DNA from: an uncultured delta proteobacterium
GTDB taxonomy: Bacteria > Desulfobacterota > Desulfuromonadia > Geobacterales > DSM-12255
NCBI GenBank assembly: GCA_963787125.1
Contig: CAWBBV010000023.1
Coordinates: 32,001 to 96,000 of the forward strand
Reading direction: 5' to 3'
DNA: 64,000 bases
The notes under the pieces are model-generated. The model was not told where the DNA came from, did no database searches, and saw only the letters and a program-made list of their open reading frames with translations. The number at the start of each line of letters is the position of its first letter. Position 1 is the stretch's first letter. This document shows positions 60,045 to 64,000 of this stretch, piece by piece. Both the position numbers and the translations under genes were made by a program.

Positions 60045-62735
60045 ATGACCAACTCCGACGATATCCGTCCCTCTCCGGAGGCGATGCTGAAGCTGGCCCA
60101 GGCCGAGGAAGTCACCGCCGAGCTGGGGAGGCTGAAGATCTTTCTCGGCTACGCCGCCGGAGTCGGCAAGACTTACGCCATGCTGGAGGCAGCCCGGCAG
60201 CGAAAGCATGATGGTCGCGACGTTGTCGCCGGTTATGTGGAATCCCATGGCCGCGCCGAGACTGACGCTTTGCTGGACGGGTTGGAAGTGCTGCCGCGCC
60301 GGGAAGTCACTTACATGGGGGTCGTGCTCCATGAGATGGACCTGGATGCGATCCTGGCACGCCGGCCGCAGATCGTCCTGGTGGACGAACTGGCCCACAG
60401 TAACGCCCCCGGATCGCGCCACGAGAAACGCTGGCAGGACGTGGAGGAGATCCTTGAGGCCGGGATCGACGTCTACACTACGGTCAATATCCAGCATTTC
60501 GAGAGCCTCAACGATGTGGTGGCCCAGATTACCGGGATCGTCGTCCGTGAAACCGTGCCGGACCGCCTGCTTGATCTGGCTTTCGAGATCAAATTGATCG
60601 ACATCTCACCGGAAGACCTGATCCAGCGACTGCACGAAGGGAAAGTCTATATTTCCGATCAGGCTGCAAAGGCCATCGAGAAATTTTTCCGTCCCGGCAA
60701 CCTGATGGCCTTGCGGGAGTTATCGCTGCGCCGCACCGCCGCCCGGGTGGACGACCAGATGCGGGCCTACATGGAGACTCAGTCGATCTCCGGGCCATGG
60801 CCGACTGCGGAACGGCTCCTGGTTTGCGTCAGCGGCGGCCCTTCCAGCGAAAAGCTGATCCGGGCGACCTGCCGACTGGCCGAAGAGCTGAAGGCGCAGT
60901 GGTTCACCGTCTATATCGAAATCCCCGACGGCAATCGTCATGTTGAGGAGAACCGGGAACATATCTGGCGCGATCTTCGTCTGGCCGAGGGGCTCGGCGC
61001 CCAGGTCGCTACGGTGACCGCCACTGACATTACCGATGCGGTTATGGAGTATGCCGGGCGGCACAACATCACCAAGATCGTCATGGGGAAGCCGAATAAG
61101 CCCCGCTGGCGCGAAATCCTCCAGCCACCTGTCGTTGACCGGATCATCCGCCGGAGCGGGGCAGTTGATGTCATCATTGTCAGCTTCGATCAGGAAAAAT
61201 CAGCGAAGCCCGCTGTAGCGAAACAGCATCACCATCCGTTCGAGCTGCGCGGGCACCTGGCCAGTCTCAGCCTTGTTATCGCAGCCACGCTGCTCTGCGA
61301 ACTGCTTCGCCCCTTTTTCGCGCCGACCAATATGGTCATGATTTACCTGCTGGCCGTAGTGGTCGCCTCGGTGCGTCTTGGCCGCAAACCGGCCATAGCA
61401 ACCGCTTTTCTCGGTGTGCTCGCCTTCGACTTTTTTTTCGTGCCGCCGCGGCTGACTCTGGCTGTGGCCGATACCCAGTACCTGATGACCTTTATCGGCC
61501 TCTTTGTGGTCGGGATAGTGATCAGTACTCTGGTGGCACGCTCCAAAGAGCGGGCCGAGGTGATGCGGACCCGTGAAGTGCAGACCGCCAGCCTTTACTA
61601 CCTCAGTCGGGACCTTGCCGCTTCGGCTGATATCTCCGCTGTGCTGAAAGCGGTGGTGAGAAATGTGGAAGAGGCGCTTATGGCCCGGGTGGTGATCCTG
61701 CTGCCGGAAGGGGAGCGACTCGATATCATGGCCGTCAGCGACGGGCTGGTGCTGGACATCAAGGAGCAGGCCGTCGCTGACTGGGCCTTCCGCAACAACC
61801 ATCCAGCCGGACGGGCCACTGATACGCTGGTGTCAGCCGGGCTGATCTATCTCCCCCTGCAGACGCCGGCCAGCATGTTGGGGGTGATGGGAGTCAAGCT
61901 GGAGAACGAGCCTGCCTATCACAGTCAGGATAATCGCCGCCTGCTGGATGCTTTTGCTACCCAGGCGGCCATGGCCATGGAGCGGATCCGCTTCTCCCGT
62001 CAGGCTGAGCAGACCCAGATCCTTCAGGCACGGGAAAATCTCGAACGGGCGCTACTGAACTCCATTTCCCACGATCTGCGCACACCGCTCTCCTCCGTCA
62101 CCGGTGTTCTGACCAGTCTGCGGGAAGAGGGGGCGCATCTCAATGATCACGCCCGCCGGGAACTGCTCGACACTGCCTGCAGCGAGGCCGAACGCTTGAA
62201 CCGCTTTGTCGGCAACCTGCTGGATATGACCCGCATTGAAGCCGGGGCGGTGAGGTTGAAACTGGAGCCGTGCGATGTGCAGGACCTTGTCGGCTGCGCC
62301 CTGGCTGCGCTGGAGCCGCGTATCGGCCTCAGGGAGATCAGCTTCAAGATGCAGCCGGTCATGCCGCTGGTACAGATGGACATGGTACTGATGACCCAGG
62401 TGCTGGTAAACCTGCTGGATAATGCTCACAAGTACTCGCCCGTGGAAAGTGTCATCGAAGTGATTGCCCAGCTGGAAAAAAAGTGGCTGATCGTAGAGGT
62501 TGATGATCGGGGGCCCGGAGTGCCGGAACATGATCTGAAGCGGGTCTTCGACAAATTCTACCGGATTCCGGTGCCTGAAGGTGCCGGCGGCACCGGCCTT
62601 GGTCTCTCCATCTGCAAGGGGATCGTTGAAGCCCACGGCGGCTTGATCAGCGCCGGAAACCGTGTCGGCGGGGGGTTGAGGGTCGAGATCAGGCTGCCGC
62701 TATCAGCAGGAGAGGGGATGAAAAATGACGCCTGA
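60045..62735 (+). CDS. kdpD: Sensor kinase KdpD
   Basis: LGYAAGVGKT, VDELAHSN, Usp domain, 4 TM, GAF, SHDLRTPL. Confidence 0.96.
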   Translation: MTNSDDIRPSPEAMLKLAQAEEVTAELGRLKIFLGYAAGVGKTYAMLEAARQRKHDGRDVVAGYVESHGRAETDALLDGLEVLPRREVTYMGVVLHEMDLDAILARRPQIVLVDELAHSNAPGSRHEKRWQDVEEILEAGIDVYTTVNIQHFESLNDVVAQITGIVVRETVPDRLLDLAFEIKLIDISPEDLIQRLHEGKVYISDQAAKAIEKFFRPGNLMALRELSLRRTAARVDDQMRAYMETQSISGPWPTAERLLVCVSGGPSSEKLIRATCRLAEELKAQWFTVYIEIPDGNRHVEENREHIWRDLRLAEGLGAQVATVTATDITDAVMEYAGRHNITKIVMGKPNKPRWREILQPPVVDRIIRRSGAVDVIIVSFDQEKSAKPAVAKQHHHPFELRGHLASLSLVIAATLLCELLRPFFAPTNMVMIYLLAVVVASVRLGRKPAIATAFLGVLAFDFFFVPPRLTLAVADTQYLMTFIGLFVVGIVISTLVARSKERAEVMRTREVQTASLYYLSRDLAASADISAVLKAVVRNVEEALMARVVILLPEGERLDIMAVSDGLVLDIKEQAVADWAFRNNHPAGRATDTLVSAGLIYLPLQTPASMLGVMGVKLENEPAYHSQDNRRLLDAFATQAAMAMERIRFSRQAEQTQILQARENLERALLNSISHDLRTPLSSVTGVLTSLREEGAHLNDHARRELLDTACSEAERLNRFVGNLLDMTRIEAGAVRLKLEPCDVQDLVGCALAALEPRIGLREISFKMQPVMPLVQMDMVLMTQVLVNLLDNAHKYSPVESVIEVIAQLEKKWLIVEVDDRGPGVPEHDLKRVFDKFYRIPVPEGAGGTGLGLSICKGIVEAHGGLISAGNRVGGGLRVEIRLPLSAGEGMKNDA

Positions 62736-63426
62736 ACGAACTACGGATAATCTGCCGCGTATTCTGGTAATAGATGATGAGGTCGCTATCAGGCGTTTTC
62801 TGCATACAATCCTTTCTGCCGAGGAGTTTTTTCTGCATGAGGCTGCCGACGGCCATGCCGGGCTGGCAGCTGCCGCAGCTTTCCGGCCTGATGTGGTTTT
62901 ACTCGATCTGGGGCTGCCGGATATTGATGGTATCGAGGTTATCCGCCGGATCCGGGAATGGTCGCCGGTACCGATAATCGTCCTTTCGGTGCGAGAGCAC
63001 GAGGATGACAAGGTTCGGGCCCTTGATGCCGGCGCCGATGACTATCTGACCAAACCTTTCGGTGTCGGTGAGCTGCTGGCGCGGATCAGGGCGGCCCTGC
63101 GCCGCTCCCTGCAGCAGGTGCCCGAGCCTGTCTTCACCAGCGGTGAGCTGCAGATGGATCTGAACCTGCGCCGGGTAACGGTGGAGGGGAGTGAAGTGCA
63201 GTTGACTCCCACCGAGTATGATATTCTTCGTCTGTTCGTATCACATGCCGGCAAGGTTCTTACTCACGGCATGATCCTGAAGCAGGTCTGGGGTATCGCC
63301 TATCTTGAACAGCCCCATGTGCTGCGGGTCAATATCAGCAATTTGCGCCGCAAGATTGAGGCTGATCCGTCTCGTCCCCGTTATATAGTTACCGAGCCGG
63401 GGGTGGGGTACCGCCTCAGGGCGTAG
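62725..63426 (+). CDS. kdpE: Response regulator KdpE
   Basis: LLDLGLPD, GADDYLTKPF, OmpR wHTH (LTPTEY, TEPGVGY). Confidence 0.95.
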   Translation: MTPERTTDNLPRILVIDDEVAIRRFLHTILSAEEFFLHEAADGHAGLAAAAAFRPDVVLLDLGLPDIDGIEVIRRIREWSPVPIIVLSVREHEDDKVRALDAGADDYLTKPFGVGELLARIRAALRRSLQQVPEPVFTSGELQMDLNLRRVTVEGSEVQLTPTEYDILRLFVSHAGKVLTHGMILKQVWGIAYLEQPHVLRVNISNLRRKIEADPSRPRYIVTEPGVGYRLRA

Positions 63427-63515
63427 TTGCCGCTTTATTGGGCAGGTTGATGATCTTTTCCCCTCTTTGTGCCGGTTCAAAATTACATGAATCGTAATAT
63501 CAGCTACTTATAGAA

Positions 63516-63533
63516 TTGGCATACCATGTGCTA
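63516..63533 (+). promoter_or_regulatory. Sigma54 promoter of nifX
   Basis: TTGGCATACCATGTGCTA. Confidence 0.85.
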
Positions 63534-63579
63534 ATTAAAGTCATGACTACACCTCTCGTTGCGGAGAGCTGGACGCTAT

Positions 63580-63620
63580 GGCAAAGACGCCGTGCACCCA
63601 TAGGGTGGCGGCGTTTTTTT
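63580..63620 (+). promoter_or_regulatory. nifX leader attenuator: ANTAR-type hairpin overlapping a terminator
   Basis: GGC-AAAGAC-GCC overlaps ACGCCG...CGGCGTTTTTTT. Confidence 0.8.
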
Positions 63621-63640
63621 GTTTCAGAAAGGAGAGAGTT

Positions 63641-64000
63641 ATGAAAGTTGCCTTTACCAGCAGTAGCGGCGAAATGATCGACCAGCATTTCGGCCAGTGT
63701 CAGAATTTTTATGTTTGGGAAATCGGACCCGACGAGGCGCATCTCCATACCACCATCAACGGTATTTCAACTGACGGTGACGAAGAGGATCGGATTACCG
63801 CCCGCGGCAATGCTCTGGCCGAGTGTGACATCGTCTACACCATGCAGATCGGTGGCCCGGCGGCGGCCAAACTGGTGGCACGGAAAATTCATCCGATGAA
63901 GACCAATGAAGAGGTGCCGGTAGCGGAGATTGTCGGCAAACTGCAGGAGGTGCTGCGGGGAAATCCTCCTCCTTGGTTAAAAAAAGCGCTTAATAAGGAT
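63641..64000 (+). CDS. nifX: Nitrogen fixation protein NifX, 3'-truncated by window edge (not in ORF track)
   Basis: MKVAFTSSSGEMIDQHFGQ...QIGGPAAAKLVARKIHPMK...NPPPWLKKAL; AGGAG RBS. Confidence 0.93.
   Translation, partial: MKVAFTSSSGEMIDQHFGQCQNFYVWEIGPDEAHLHTTINGISTDGDEEDRITARGNALAECDIVYTMQIGGPAAAKLVARKIHPMKTNEEVPVAEIVGKLQEVLRGNPPPWLKKALNKD

Overview
Deltaproteobacterial chromosomal window, very likely Geobacteraceae/Desulfuromonadales (inferred from the nifEN fusion, PpcA-type c7 cytochrome and GEMM-Ib riboswitches). Its backbone is a dispersed Mo-nitrogenase locus: a gnfR-like REC-ANTAR regulator, nifV, a nitrogenase-associated ArsC-like gene, modE-modABC, nifHDK, nifEN and nifX (runs off the right end). 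Sigma54 promoters, an NtrC-type enhancer, ANTAR antitermination leaders and ModE boxes are readable in the DNA. Interleaved are: a signalling cluster with two hybrid kinases sharing a ~1.05 kb near-identical module plus a FIST protein; an uncharacterised six-gene block downstream of nifV and a macrodomain gene (circularly permuted ATP-grasp, alpha-E, transglutaminase, two M14 deacylases, GATase), the best candidate for a new system; a TA/restriction-modification hotspot with gene remnants; pncAB beside a cowN remnant; an ABC-ATPase/TOPRIM-like pair; tandem cGAMP-type riboswitches ahead of an RCC1-repeat protein and a triheme cytochrome; and a K+ module (KimA-like APC permease and kdpABCDE) with shared direct-repeat boxes. 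All calls come from reading the sequence by eye; no database searches were run.
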